Positions 33,401-45,785 of a stretch of DNA of 64,000 nucleotides are shown piece after piece (position 1 is the stretch's first letter; each line of letters starts with the position of its first letter). The stretch comes from Blastocladiella emersonii ATCC 22665 (Eukaryota; Fungi; Blastocladiomycota), in assembly GCA_025594325.1 (NCBI GenBank), contig JANHCV010000004.1, forward strand, positions 248,001-312,000, given 5' to 3'. Below the pieces are notes generated by a model. The model worked only from the letters and a program-made list of their open reading frames with translations, ran no database searches and was not told the origin of the DNA. Position numbers and translations under genes: made by a program.

Positions 33401-34049
33401 CGCCACCGCTGCAGCGGTAGTCGGCACGACGGGAGTCGGAGCAGCCGGCGTCGTGGCATTCGAGCCGGGAGGCGCTGCCGCCGCCGCGTCACTCGGTGCA
33501 GTCCAGGGAGCAGACACGGCACCCTCCCCCGCGACCGGATACCGAACGCTGCTCGGTGGCGACGCGACATGATGCCCCGGCGGCGGGTGCGGGTACGCGT
33601 ACACGACGGGCGGCGGTGCGCCGGGCGGCCCGCCGGTGGGCGGCACGGTGGTGTAGTAGAAGTAGGTCGGTGGGGCGCCCGCCGCTTCGGGCGGCGCGGG
33701 GACGGCGTAGACGCCCGTTGCGTGCACGGGCACCGGGATCGCGGCCACAGGGTGCGGGGCAGGCGGGCCGCCGCCGTTCGGCTGCGAGTAGCCGGCGGGC
33801 GGGGACGGGCGCGGGTAGTGCGTCGGGCTCAGCGGGTACGCTGCGTGGTGGGCGGGCGCGTAGCTGCTGCTGCTGGCGGGCGGCGGCGGCGCGCGGTACC
33901 CGCTGTGCTGCGCGGGTTCCTGGTCGGACGGGACGACGGGCACGGCGTACGACGGCTGTTTCTGGTGATGGTGGTACTGCGGGTGGAACTGGTGCTGATG
34001 TTGCGGGTACTGCTGCTGCTGCTGCTGCTGTTGCTGTTGTTGTTGTTGC

Positions 34050-34081
<32 letters not shown>

Positions 34082-34216
34082 GTGTTGGGGCGGCGGCGCG
34101 TGTTGCTGCTGTTGTTGGTGGTCGCTCGCGGTCGACAGCGACGAGGGCGGCCGCTGCGGCGGCGGCTGCCGTAGGTGTGCATGGTGGTTGTGCGGCGCTT
34201 GGCCGCTGTGCTCCAT
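30441..34216 (-). CDS. Zn(II)2Cys6 transcription factor with a fungal-specific TF middle domain; intron 32787-32854
   Basis: ACAPCRTRKIRCEGGFPCAHCSTYGLEC; LVDTYFAVIHHWLPML, ARMGLALGLH and RRLTWSIVVTLDR; N-terminal poly-Q. Confidence 0.9.
34010..34081. repeat. CAG/CAA repeat encoding 24 Gln
   Basis: Direct read of a CTG/TTG run on the + strand. Confidence 0.95.
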
Positions 34217-34512
34217 GGTTGCGTGTTGCAGGGTAGGGAGTAGGGGAGAGCGGGCCGCGCGCGGAGCGCTCAGCTTTTTGCATCGGGGGCGGCGCACTTT
34301 GGCGCAAGCAAGCCCGACCGGCATGACCCGGCGCCCTGCCTGCCCTGCCGCCCCTCCCTCCCTCGCCAGCCAGCTGCAGGGACCTGTTCGCGGGACACCC
34401 TGGCGACCAAGTACAGCGTATATATGAAAATGTATCGAGCGAGATAGGGAGAGGAAAGAGAAGCGCGCCGACCACGCGGCAGCGGCAACAACAAAGGCAA
34501 CAACCACGGCGC

Positions 34513-36162
34513 TTAGGCCTTCTTCGCGGGAGCAGCGGCCGGGGCCGCGGCGGCCTCGGGCTCAAACTCGATGATGACCTCGTCGGCGGCGACGCTCTGG
34601 CTGGGGGTCACGAGCACCTTCTTGACCTTGGCGACGCGGGCGGCGCGCAGCACGTTCTGCATCTTCATGGCCTCGACCACCACGAGCGCGGCGCCCTCGG
34701 CCACCGTGTCGCCGGCCTTGACCGCCACCGACACGACGCTGCCGGGCATGGGCGCGACGAGCCGCGTCGACGCGTCGGGCTCCACCTTCTCGCGCATGTG
34801 CTGCGCGAGCGCGTGCTGCGCCGGCGTGCGCGCCACCACGTTGAACACGGTCCCGCGGTGCTGCAGCTTGAACCCGAGCGACGCCGCCGGGTCCGCGTAC
34901 TGCGCCACGATCGCCGTCGGGTTGCCCGCCAGCGTCGCGCGCACGATCGGCGTCTCGGGCGTCCAGTCGAGCGACAGCGGCACAAACTTGCCCGGCTGGC
35001 CGACGGAGTCGACGGCCACCTCGAAGCCCTTGCCGTCGGCCGCCGACCGGATCTGCACCGTGCGCGTCACCTTCTCGGCCGCCGCCGCCGCCTTGTCGGC
35101 CGACTTGCGGCCCGCCGGCGTCACCTCGAGCACGTACGTCTCCGCCTTGGCCTTACCCGAAACACTGCCCGACTTGTAGTTGGTGAAGGTGCGGTCGCGC
35201 GCGGTGCGCATGGCCTGGATGCCGGCGGCAACGGCGACAAACTCGTTGAGCGAGTCGCCCTGCAGCTTGTGGCCGCGGAACCCGTTGGGGTACTCCTCGG
35301 CGAGGAACTTGGTGGAGATGTCGCCCTTCTGGAACCGCGGGTGGGTCATGACCTCGCGCAGCAGCGGGATGTTGTGGGTGACGCCCTTGATGACGTAGGC
35401 GTCGAGCGCGCGCTCCATGACGGCCAGCGACCCGGCGCGCGTCGGCGCCCACGTCGACAGCTTGCAGATCATGGGGTCGTAGTAGATGGAGATCTCGCTG
35501 CCCTCCTCGACGCCCGAGTCGCACCGCACAATCGAGCCCGCCGTGTCCTTTTGCGCGGCCAGGTCGGCCGTCACCACCTCGGCCGTGGTCGGCTCCGTGT
35601 AGTAGGACAGGGTGCCGATCGACGGCAGGTACTTTTCCGGGTCCTCGGCGTAGACGCGCGACTCGACGGCGTGGCCGTGGATCTTGACGTCCTTCTGGGT
35701 GAAGGGGAGCGGGAGCCCCGCGGCGACGCGGATCATCTGCTCGACGAGGTCGTAGCCCGTGACGAGCTCGGTGATGGGGTGCTCGACCTGCAGGCGCGTG
35801 TTCATTTCGAGGAAGAAGAAGTTGCGGCGCGGGTCGACGAGGAACTCGACGGTGCCGGCCGAGTAGTAGCCGACGCGCTTGGCGAGGGCCACGGCCTGCT
35901 CGCCCATGGCGCGGCGGGTGGCCTCGTCGAGGTGGACCGAGGGGGCCTCCTCGATCACCTTCTGGTTGCGGCGCTGGATCGAGCACTCGCGCTCGGGCAG
36001 GTAGACGAGGTTACCGTGCTTGTCGCCGACAATCTGGATCTCGATGTGGCGCGGGTTGTCGACGAAGCGCTCGATGAGCAGGCGGTCGTCGCCAAACGAC
36101 GCCTTGGCCTCGGACTTGATGAGGTCAAAGTTCTCGCGCACCTCCTTCTCGTTCCACACGAC

Positions 36163-36203
<41 letters not shown>

Positions 36204-36771
36204 TGAGCGGGTAGCCAATGTCCTTGGCGATGGCGAGCGTGTGGTCGAGGTTCTGCACCTCGCCCGAGAAGCCCGGGATGGTGTTGACCTTGGCCTCGGC
36301 GGCGATGCGCTTGGACTCGATCTTGTCGCCCATGGCGGCCATGGAGGTGGTCGAGGGGCCGATGAAGGTGACGCCCTTCTTGTCGAGGGCCTCGACAAAG
36401 TGGGCGTTCTCGGACAGGAAGCCGTAGCCCGGGTGCACGGCCTGGGCGCCGGTGCGCTGGATGGCGTCGAGGATGTTCGGGATCGACAGGTACGACTGCG
36501 CCGTCGGGGCGGGGCCGACGCGGACAGCCTCGTCGGCCATGAGCACGTGCTGCGCGCTCGCGTCCGCGTCCGAGTACACGGCCACGGTGCGGATGCCCAT
36601 CTTCTTGGCGGTGCGCATCACGCGGCAGGCAATCTCGCCGCGGTTCGCGATCAGGATCTTGTCGAAGGTCTTGGGGTACTCGGTCGCCTGGGTCGACGAG
36701 TGCCGCAGGCCGACGGAGCGGCGCAGCAGGCCGGCCGTCGCCGACCGCACCGACGCGATGCGCGAGTACAT
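34513..36771 (-). CDS. PCCA: Propionyl-CoA carboxylase alpha (biotin carboxylase + BCCP), mitochondrial presequence
   Basis: FDKILIANRGEIACRV, HPGYGFLSEN, EMNTRLQVEHP, RVYAEDP, YYDPMICKL and the EAMKM biotinylation motif. Confidence 0.9.
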
Positions 36772-37378
36772 GGTGGCTGGCGGGGCTAGTGGGGGAGGTG
36801 GGCGTGAGTGTGCGCCGGGTGCGGATCCAACGGCGCGCAAGCAAGGCATACATGGGAGGGAGTGAGCTGGGCGGGCAAAAGAGCGTCGCGTCCCGTTACA
36901 GCGCGGATGAGATACACGGCGCGTCGTTGCGGGCGGGGGGAGAGAGAGCGCGGCGCACACACCCAGCCCCAGCACGGCAGCCGGGTCGGCGGGGGCAGCG
37001 GGCAAGGCCGGGAGTAGCGCACGCCCTCGCGGAGCGTAACGCGGCGGCGCCGAGGAGCGAAGCAGAGTCCGCGCGCTCGGGCCGATCGGAGTGACGCGCC
37101 GCCGCCGCCGACCTCGACCGCGACTGGCTCCCGGGCGCTCGGGCCGCGTGCCGTTGGGGATGGCGCCGCCGGCCGCCGGCCGTGGCCGCGTTAGAGCGCG
37201 AGCTTACGCCGTCGCTGTGGGCTGTGGTGGTGGCCGAGCTTTGCGGGTGCGGGCGGGCGTGTGTGCGACGCGAGCGCGCAGAGTCCCGCCCGCGACCCGC
37301 TCTCCCCCTTCTCCCCTCCCTCCCGCAACTCCGACCCTCGCTTGCTGGCGACCCACCCGCTGCAAACGGATCAGCACC
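36772..37378. promoter_or_regulatory. Divergent (bidirectional) promoter region between PCCA and PCCB, with a probable PCCA 5'-UTR intron at 36786-36851
   Basis: 607 bp separate the two ATGs. Both have CACCATG context and upstream pyrimidine tracts on their coding strands. The minus strand has GTATGC...CTCAC...CTAG just before the PCCA ATG. Confidence 0.6.
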
Positions 37379-39111
37379 ATGCTACGCTCCACCATGTCCC
37401 GCGTCGCCGGCGCCCTGCTGCGCCGCCGCGCCGCTGCCGCCGTGACCGCGCGTCCCGTCGCCGCGGCTCCCGCGATCGCTGCCCGCCGCTCGTACGCCTC
37501 GGGCTCGACCGCTGAGCAGGTACGCTGCTGCCCCGCCCTGCGACGGCACTGGCGACCCGCTCACGCAGATTCCGCACGCACCGCGCGTAGAGCCTGCTCA
37601 CCCGCATCGAGAAGAAGCGCCAGGAGGCCCTCCTCGGCGGCGGCGAGAAGCGCATTGCCGCGCAGCACGCCAAGGGCAAGCTGACGGCGCGCGAGCGCCT
37701 GACCCTGCTCCTCGACGAGGGCTCGTTCCGCGAGTACGACGCCTTCGTCGAGCACACGTGCGCCGACTTCGGCATGGAGAAGACCAAGATCACGGGCGAC
37801 GGCGTCGTCACCGGCCACGGCACCATCAACGGCCGCCAGGTCTTTGTCTTCTCGCAGGACTTCACCGCCTTCGGTGGCTCGCTGTCCAAGACCCACGCCG
37901 CCAAGATCTGCAAGGTCATGGACAAGGCCATGCTCGTTGGCGCCCCCGTCATCGGCCTCAACGACTCGGGCGGTGCGCGTATCCAGGAGGGCGTCGAGTC
38001 GCTCGCTGGCTACGCCGACATCTTCCAGCGCAACGTGCTCGCCTCGGGCGTCGTCCCGCAGCTCTCGCTCATTATGGGCCCCTGCGCCGGCGGTGCCGTC
38101 TACTCGCCCGCCCTCACCGACATGACGTTCATGGTCCGCGACACGTCGCACCTCTTCGTCACGGGGCCCGAGGTCGTCAAGGCCGTCACCAACGAGGAGG
38201 TCACCTTCGAGGAGCTTGGCGGCGCCAAGGTCCACACCTCCAAGTCGGGTGTCGCCCACCTCGCCTTCGACAACGACGTCGAGGCCCTGGCCCGCCTGCG
38301 CGAGTTTGTCGACTTCCTCCCGCTCTCCAACCGCCACCCGGTCCCCGAGCGCGCCGCCGTCGACCCCGTCGACCGCGCCGACGCCGCGCTCAACACGCTG
38401 ATCCCCACCGACTCGACCAAGGCCTACGACATGAAGCACGTCGTGACCCGCGTGCTCGACGACGGCCACTTCTTCGAGGTCATGCCCGACTACGCCAAGA
38501 ACATCATCATCGGGTTCGGCCGCATGGACGGCCGCACCGTCGCCGTCGTCGCCAACCAGCCCATGGTCTCGTCGGGCGTCCTCGACATCAACTCGTCCGT
38601 CAAGGCCGCGCGCTGGGTCCGCTTCTGCGACGCCTTCAACATCCCCATCGTCACCTTCGTCGACGTGCCCGGCTTCCTCCCCGGCACCGCCCAGGAGCAC
38701 AACGGCATCATCCGCCACGGCGCCAAGCTGCTGTACGCGTACGCCGAGGCCACGGTCCCCAAGATCACCGTCATCACCCGCAAGGCGTACGGCGGCGCCT
38801 ACGACGTCATGGCGTCCAAGCACCTGCGCGGCGACATCAACCTCGCGTGGCCCACGGCCGAGATCGCCGTCATGGGCGCCAAGGGCGCGGTCGAGATCAT
38901 CTTCCGCGGCCGCGACGCCGACGCCCGCGCCAAGGCCGAGGCAGAGTACATTGACAAGTTCGCCAACCCGCTCCCCGCCGCCCAGCGCGGCTACCTCGAC
39001 GATATCGTCGCCCCCGCCGACACCCGTCGCCGCGTCATCGAGGAGCTCGCGCTCCTCCGCGACAAGACGCTCAAGAACCCGTGGAAGAAGCACGGTAACA
39101 TCCCGCTCTAA
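37379..39111 (+). CDS. PCCB: Propionyl-CoA carboxylase beta (carboxyltransferase); intron 37520-37590
   Basis: [55 protein letters not shown] and [10 protein letters not shown] at the C-terminus. Confidence 0.95.
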
Positions 39112-41274
39112 GGTAATCCCCCGCTCTTGTTCCGGTTGCTCTAGCGAGCGCGTGAAGGCGCCCGCGGTTTGGTTGCGAAAATACACGTACATACATTGTT
39201 AACGACTACCGGTACACTGCGTGAAAAGCCTAAAGAGTGAGTGGCGACATCGAACTTTGAGATGGACCAAGCAAGAAACGAATCAGGTCCCAAACGTCCA
39301 ACGCCAGGAAGCAAATCAACGCGCGTGCCAGTCAGTCCTCAAGAGATCACGCCCTACGCGGGCAGGGCTCAGTTCAGTCACGGCGCGCGCGGGGCCAGCA
39401 GATGCGCCTGTGGTCAGACTACGCCAAACGTCGGACGTGGGATTTTAAGCCTGAAACTGAGTAATGTATAAACAACGGAAACAAGTCTTGAATGAAATGA
39501 AGCTCCATCCGCAGTTCAGTGAGTGCAATGACCCTCGCGTTGCCGCCGCGGCAGCGGCGACGCGTTGCGCCACAGTGCACTGGATCATTCTGCTCGCCTC
39601 GTCCCCCTCTCCTTGTCTTTCATGAATTGACTCGAATGCAGTTGAGCCAAGGAGCAGCATCCACAAAGGAAATACCAACCGTCGCTCAGTTTGAGCTGCA
39701 GGCTGGCCATGGTGATCCGCGATGCGCAAATCCATACCATGACGCAGAAGCAGACCAGGGGGAGCCGACTCGACCTCGATCCGGACATGGCAAGTCCGGA
39801 TTCCCCGGCGACAGCCGGGTGACTCCAACGCGTCGAATAGGGCGGATGGGTGCGACAGGGGCCTGTCGGCCCGCGTGGAAGCAGACCTCCTAAATCAACG
39901 GTCGCGATTGCCAAACCACCTGCTGCCCCACGTGTCACCATAAACGCGGACATGGTGTGCGAACTCGGGGCCGCGGAAATCCTTCGCTATCGAATTGCGT
40001 TTTGGCCGCCGCACAAGTGCCACCATGGAACGCAGAGACCATGGCGGATGATTCCAGATCAATTGCCAGCTAGTCCTTCGTTGATACGATCAAGATCGCT
40101 GTTAGACGGGGTGCCTTCGCCGCCAACATGGTCTTTCGCCACTGCTCAGATGACAACGAGGACGCCCTCCTCGGACCAGGCAGTGGCCAAGATGGATCGC
40201 GAGGCTGCGGGCATACAAAACACGACAGAAGTCCCGGCCGTTATTTCGTTGGTGCCGCGCCGCGCTGCCCAGACAGAGCCGTTTCGCGGACGTGAGCAAT
40301 CAGTAACGCGTGATTTTCACGGAAACGCGCCCTGCCGGCACGGTCTGTTCAAATTGGGTGAGGGAGGAAACTTGCGTCCTGAAGCAGGTCGGGATAGGGG
40401 GCGGACCATGGAACAGGGACGGAGGCAAACCTTGCTAGCAAGAGCCAGCCGTAGCGGATCGACCCGCGGCAGCATTTGCTCGCCCGCCTTACTGCCTGCC
40501 GTCCCCTGAGGGCCAAATCGAAACGCGACAATGTGCGACGGGTGGAAAGCTGACGACAGCCTGGCGCGAGGCTCCACAGCAACGAGTTGTCGCCCGCTCA
40601 GCTCAATTCAACTCGACCCGCGCCGGGTGCACCGTGTCGCGTGTATGACGGGACAAGAGCGGCACCGCTTGCATGGCCTGAACAAGATGAATTCAATGCA
40701 TGCAGTTGCATGGGAGCGTCTTTCCATTATTCGCAGTGCTATGGGCTGGAGTTTTGGTCAAGTCGAGTCGAGTCGCGCGAGCTGGGCGACGCCATTCGCT
40801 CGCTCTCACCTCACATCGACGTGACGTCCCTGCCACTCCAATCGCGACGCGCCGAGACGCGTCCGTTTCAGGGATCTCCTCCCTTTTTTGCCTTTGTCTC
40901 GACCTCGTTGGTTGGTCGCGCTCAAACGCAGTTCACGATTGACGCGAGACAAAGACGACCGGCCCTATAGAGAAAGAAAAATGGAACAACTCTGGCGGGG
41001 GCCAAAACATCTCGGCGGGACCGAAAAGGGGAAAACGGAGACTCCCCGCACGCGGCGCTGCGCTCTGGGGTTCGAACTTGTGGTTCAAACTCCATCCCGC
41101 ATTTAAACGGCAGGCGGGGGCTCCTTGCCCGTTCCACTCACCCGCCACGTTGTGAGTGCACTTGACCTCGACCAAGTCAATCAACTACGACTATACATTC
41201 GACTTACTACTGGGCATCGCACCGTCCAATGCAACGCCATGGCGGGTCACGCGTCATGCCGCGTAGTGTGCAAG

Positions 41275-41291
41275 TGATGATAATGATGATA

Positions 41292-41343
<52 letters not shown>
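41275..41343. repeat. (TGA/GAT)n microsatellite with two TAA interruptions
   Basis: Direct read; about 23 triplets. Confidence 0.95.
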
Positions 41344-41600
41344 CTTTGGCAAAGTCGCAAAAGGTCAATGTTGCGCTCAAGATCAAGCGCGCGCGCGCGG
41401 ACGCGATCCGCGATACACACGCTTCAAGAAGGAAGCTGGAATTTTACGGTTCAGTTGAACGAGCGAGCGAGCGGGCGGCACAAAGGACGAGCTAGCGGCC
41501 ATCTGGTCCGTGTCTGTTGTTCAAGCCGGTTGAGAGACTGAGCAAAGTTGCGCGCCAAGAAAGAGAGAGAGAGGGCAAAGACAGCAGCGGGCCGCGGCTG

Positions 41601-41710
41601 CAAAGGAGCAAAGGAGCAAAGGAGCAAAGGGAACCTGGCGAAAACGGAACCTGGCGAAAACGGAACCTGGCGAAAACGGAACCTGGCGAAAACGGAACCT
41701 GGCGAAAACG
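41601..41710. repeat. Adjacent tandem arrays: CAAAGGAG x~3.7, then GAACCTGGCGAAAACG x5
   Basis: Five perfect 16-mers at 41631-41710 with no spacers, preceded by 8-mers at 41601-41630. Confidence 0.95.
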
Positions 41711-42137
41711 GAACGGCGCGACACAAGGCCAAAGCGGGTGATGGAGATGAGATCGCTGGCTCTTGCTTGGCTTGAAGCAGCTGGCGCCCAAGCCGCGACG
41801 ACGGTCAACGTTGCGCTCAAATTTGTGCGTCCGCGGGTGCGGATGCGGTTTTTGGTCGCGTGCCGCGCCGTGCGTTAGTTGCGGCTAGTTCGAGCGCGCC
41901 ACAACTGCAAACAGCCAACCAAGGGGCGCAACGGCTTTTCTTTCATGCCCATTTTCCCCTTGATTTAGTTTTTTTTTCGAACGAGGAATAGAGCAGCGAG
42001 CAGTTCTGGGGGACGCGTTCTGGGGGAGCTTTGCGAGAGACGCGTTGCGATATCACGCTTGTCTCACACGCCACGCGTTGCACCACACGGGTGTGTTGAG
42101 TGGCAAACGAGGGGGACTCGAGGAGACACGATGCAGC

Positions 42138-42316
42138 TAGTCAGGGTTGTGTATTCCTGCCTCGGCCCCGAACCAGGGCTGGGTGAGGGAGAGAGGATGA
42201 CAAAAGCGGTAGCGCCGCCGCGGGATCGCGGCGGGCGAAATAGGCGGTTGCGGGCGAAGCACGTGAGATCAGGTGGGTGATCATCCCAATCACCACCGCA
42301 TGAACGACGCGTAACA
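42138..42316 (+). repeat. Left copy of a ~180-bp imperfect inverted repeat (partner 51991-52172)
   Basis: Starts TAGTCAGGGTTGTGTATTCCTGCC and matches the reverse complement of 52172 leftward, through AGATCAGGTGG to AACGACGCGTAACA. Confidence 0.85.
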
Positions 42317-43588
42317 CCATGGCCGCCACTTCGCCTCGTCTCGCCTCATCTCACCAAACCAATGATTAGCGGGTCGGACCAGGTCCGGTCCCATTTTACC
42401 ACCAGTTCGCGCAAAAAAAAAAAGGAGACACTGAATAATTACCATCAGAGCGGTTGCTTGGTGCCAAGAACGTGTGTCAAGTGGTCATAGCTGCGCGAGT
42501 AGTAGCGGCAGCGTTGCTATGACAGTGGCAGTAGGGGTGTTTGGGTGTCCTTGTTAACTTAGATGAGGGATTATCTGCGGCCCAGAAAACGGCGCTCACA
42601 AGGGAAAAGGAGGGAGGGCATCAATTAGCGCGCCTGGATCGACCTTGCGCAGCACAACCGTGCTGCACATCCAAGCCACAAGGGTAAGCGAGAGGTGAGT
42701 TGCTGCTGCCTTTGCGCCAGTGACACTTGGGCGCGGCAAGCGAGTGGGGAATATCTGTCGCCAACCCAGTGCCCATTGCCATGTTGCCATGGACGTTGTA
42801 GCAGTTGTGCTTTTGGCATCCAACCGCGCCGCATTGACCACAGCAGCCGCAATATCGTATAGCGGCAGCAGCCTCTGAGAGTACGTACCGTTCGTGTGGT
42901 TCGAAGGGGTTGTCTTTGATCGCTTGTTTGGCGTGCGTTGTACCTTGACCAAGGAGCTGGCACCACTGGCTGGCACCACTGTGCCATTGCAAGGCTGTGA
43001 GCGTGCACTTGGACCTTGTGCGCCAGGCGATCTGGCACTGCAGCGGAAAACCTTGTAACGCGTCATCTGATGACTATGAATATGCATAAAAACTCTTTGG
43101 AGTGTTGGGAGCATATGCTTGTTAAAGTGAGATGAACGCAACTTGATCCCAACAATTTGATTGTGGAATGTAAGAGAGAAGGATGGCGGTGCAAGCCCAT
43201 GTAGAGCCCACGCTCGCACGTAGCCTGCTGTCTTCTATATACCTGCACGAGGTGGCGTTTGACGTCATGGGGTCGCACTTCAAGTCATGGTTGCTTTGCT
43301 GAAGTGGACAAGTGGCGAGCAGATCCATGCCAGCCCGTCTGTATCTCTTCTCGTTGCACCGACGTATCAAGGACAATTTTCGCTTGGTTGGACCAAAGAG
43401 GAAGAAGAGACAGGGTCGCGCCTAGCGCGGGGAGCTGTGGTTAAAGGCGGCATCGCGATCGTAGCGCCAGAGCCACGCGGCGGCCGGAGTGTCGAAAGAC
43501 GGACCAAACAGGTCGGTGGCTGCGCCATTTCATGATCCTGGACTTGTGGGGTCATGTATATAGTCAAAATTGTCAGGTAAAAATTATC

Positions 43589-43660
43589 GGATCGTTGGTG
43601 TAGTGGTCAGCATTCAGCCCTTCCAAGGCTGCGGGTCGGGTTCGAACCCCGGACGATTCA
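43589..43660 (+). tRNA. tRNA-Gly(TCC)
   Basis: Full cloverleaf: GGATCGT/ACGATTC acceptor, CAGCC-CTTCCAA-GGCTG anticodon arm, GGTTCGAACC T-loop, then TTTT. Confidence 0.93.
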
Positions 43661-45785
43661 TTTTGGCTCCCCGGAGCATGTTTCCTATTCGTTTTTGCAC
43701 GGACGGTCCCCCTCGGGGCATCCGGCGACCCTAGACGCGCACTCTGCCGGATCTAGACCCTCACCGAGCCCCACACAGCGACTGGCATCACCAAAGACAA
43801 CAGCGACTCCCCCATGGATGCGATCCTCTCAACTTGCCCCGCTTGTGATGACTGCAAAGCGCACCATGGCCGTGAACGTCCCCGCTGCCTACTGCCCAAG
43901 CGTTTTCTCCTCTGAGCCAGCTGCGGCAGTATGAGACTTTGTTTGGCGTGCAAGGGCATGTCTCACCCTGTCTTTGGTTGCTGTTGCCACAGCTATCCAG
44001 CCTCCTTGCTGTCACCACCATGTGGAGCAGAAAGATGTCACCTGCAAGTCAAGTTGTTGGCGAATCACACGCTGGACCGCTGGGAGGACCTGTGATCCAT
44101 GATTGTTCGTTTGCAAGCAAGAACATGTTCATCAGGTTGCGGTGGACCAAGGATACCCCTGAGCTTGGGGCAATAGACTTGCGTGACGCGAGCGGCGTGT
44201 CAGCACTGCTCCCTTGCGCCATAAACCTGCTTCAAGGGGGTGGTGGTGGGGCAGATACGTGGATTCCACGCGCGAGTTGAAGTGCACGTGATCGCGTTGC
44301 GCCACAGCCACTGGACGCGTGCGACCCCGCCCGCGTCACGCGAATCACGCGCACCGCGCCGATCTCCTTTGTTATCGCCGCGGACCGCCTCGCCTCACCA
44401 AGCAACGCGTTGGCCCACTCATATTGGGCAACGCGTCCCTGCATCCCCTCTCTCTTGTTTCTTTGACCAGTTGCTAGTATTAGCCACCATATACAGCCTG
44501 TTGTCCTCTCGTGAACCTCTTCACCGCCTCAATCTTCTTCTCCGCCAAGATTGCGCGTCCATTGTGCCAAGCTTCCTCCCAGTTGAGTCCGCTTGAACTG
44601 CGTGTGGGCCTGTTCAAGTGCCTAAACAAATAGAAAATGAATAATAGTGCCATTACGCGTCTCCTCTGTGGCCAGTTTGGCCGCCCACGCTTGTCCCATA
44701 GTCAACACGCTGTGCGGTACAAACGGGACAGAGTGAAAAGCAGCCTTTTGGTTTAGATGATTGCTGATGCTGCGCAACGGCTCACTACTAGACCGTGCTC
44801 AAGCTCACAGTCTCGCACCATGGTGAGATAGTAGAAAACCGTACACGGCGACAGTGAGATGGATGGTACTGTTTGACTAGTTCCATTGCAGGCTATTTCC
44901 TGGAGTAGGCGGTGCGCTCTACGCTTTTGATGCAGGACTTGTGAACAGCGGGGCTCTTCTGCGTAAGTTGGCTGCGAACCTATTAGAAATCAGGGCTGTA
45001 TGACTGCTCACTGCTGCAAGTCCACAAGAACCTTCATGGACTCTCTGTACATGGTGCGCAAGGATTTCCGCAGGTTCCTGCGCTCACGCATTCATTTTAT
45101 TTGTCTACCCTGCAGCTGAGCGAGGTTGAGCAGCGAAACACGGCGCAAGAAAATCGCGCATGCGTCCCAACGCGGCAAAGCGAGACGCTCATCTGCACGT
45201 GGTGGCACCAAGCAATTTTGCCTGGAACGGCCAGCGCGGTGCTTTCGCTTGAAGGGCATGTGAAAGCGGCCGTCCCCTGTTGCGCGCTATAAAGGCTGGG
45301 TGCGCCCCGCGCCTCCCCAAGAGCAGTTATGGTTGACTCGTACAGCGTTGGGCACAGGGGAGGTTGGTTACGGTGCGCAAACAAGTGGGAGAGGAGAAGG
45401 TGCTGAAGAGGGAGATGCCAAGATAGATCAGGAGGAAGGGAACTAAGAACTAGGTGTCTATTGAGGCAAAGTAGCAACTAGCAAAATATACAAGAGGAAC
45501 AGGAGCGGAGACACCCACCCAAGGTGAGCAGTGGAGTTGACGGATTGGCGTGCAGCAGTCAGCCTGCAGCGTGATGGGGATGATGCAATCGATTGCATGC
45601 GCGCACGTGAGTGGCGCGACGCGCCAGCGGCTGGTCACACGGTTGCGTGTGCACTTGAACTAGAGCTGGTCGCTTCTGCCAGGTGCGATTCGACTTGCAC
45701 ACCCACATCTCACTCTGGTAAGTAATGTATTGATGACACACCATGCAACGTCCCGCTGTACCATGGCAGAGCAGCGTCCAGTTGC

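Noticed and set aside
34-39200. Hundreds of long overlapping or antisense ORFs in the track (for example 2551-4452, 22202-24871, 34798-36789, 37561-39192)
   Set aside because: These are shadow frames expected from very high GC3. They are R/A/G/P-rich or mirror the codons of real genes and have no family motifs.
41055-41101. tRNA-like GGTTCGAAC / GGTTCAAAC...CCCGCA segment
   Set aside because: No consistent T-stem, acceptor partner or anticodon arm on either strand. At most a tRNA or SINE relic.
39241-41200. Short ORFs after PCCB (for example 39850-40509) as genes
   Set aside because: No recognisable domains, non-genic codon pattern and no consistent exon chain.
41229-41495. Poly-Met ORF
   Set aside because: It is simply the translation of the (ATG)n microsatellite.
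41631-41710. 16-bp repeats as a CRISPR array
   Set aside because: The units are directly abutting with no spacers, there are no cas genes, and the context is eukaryotic.
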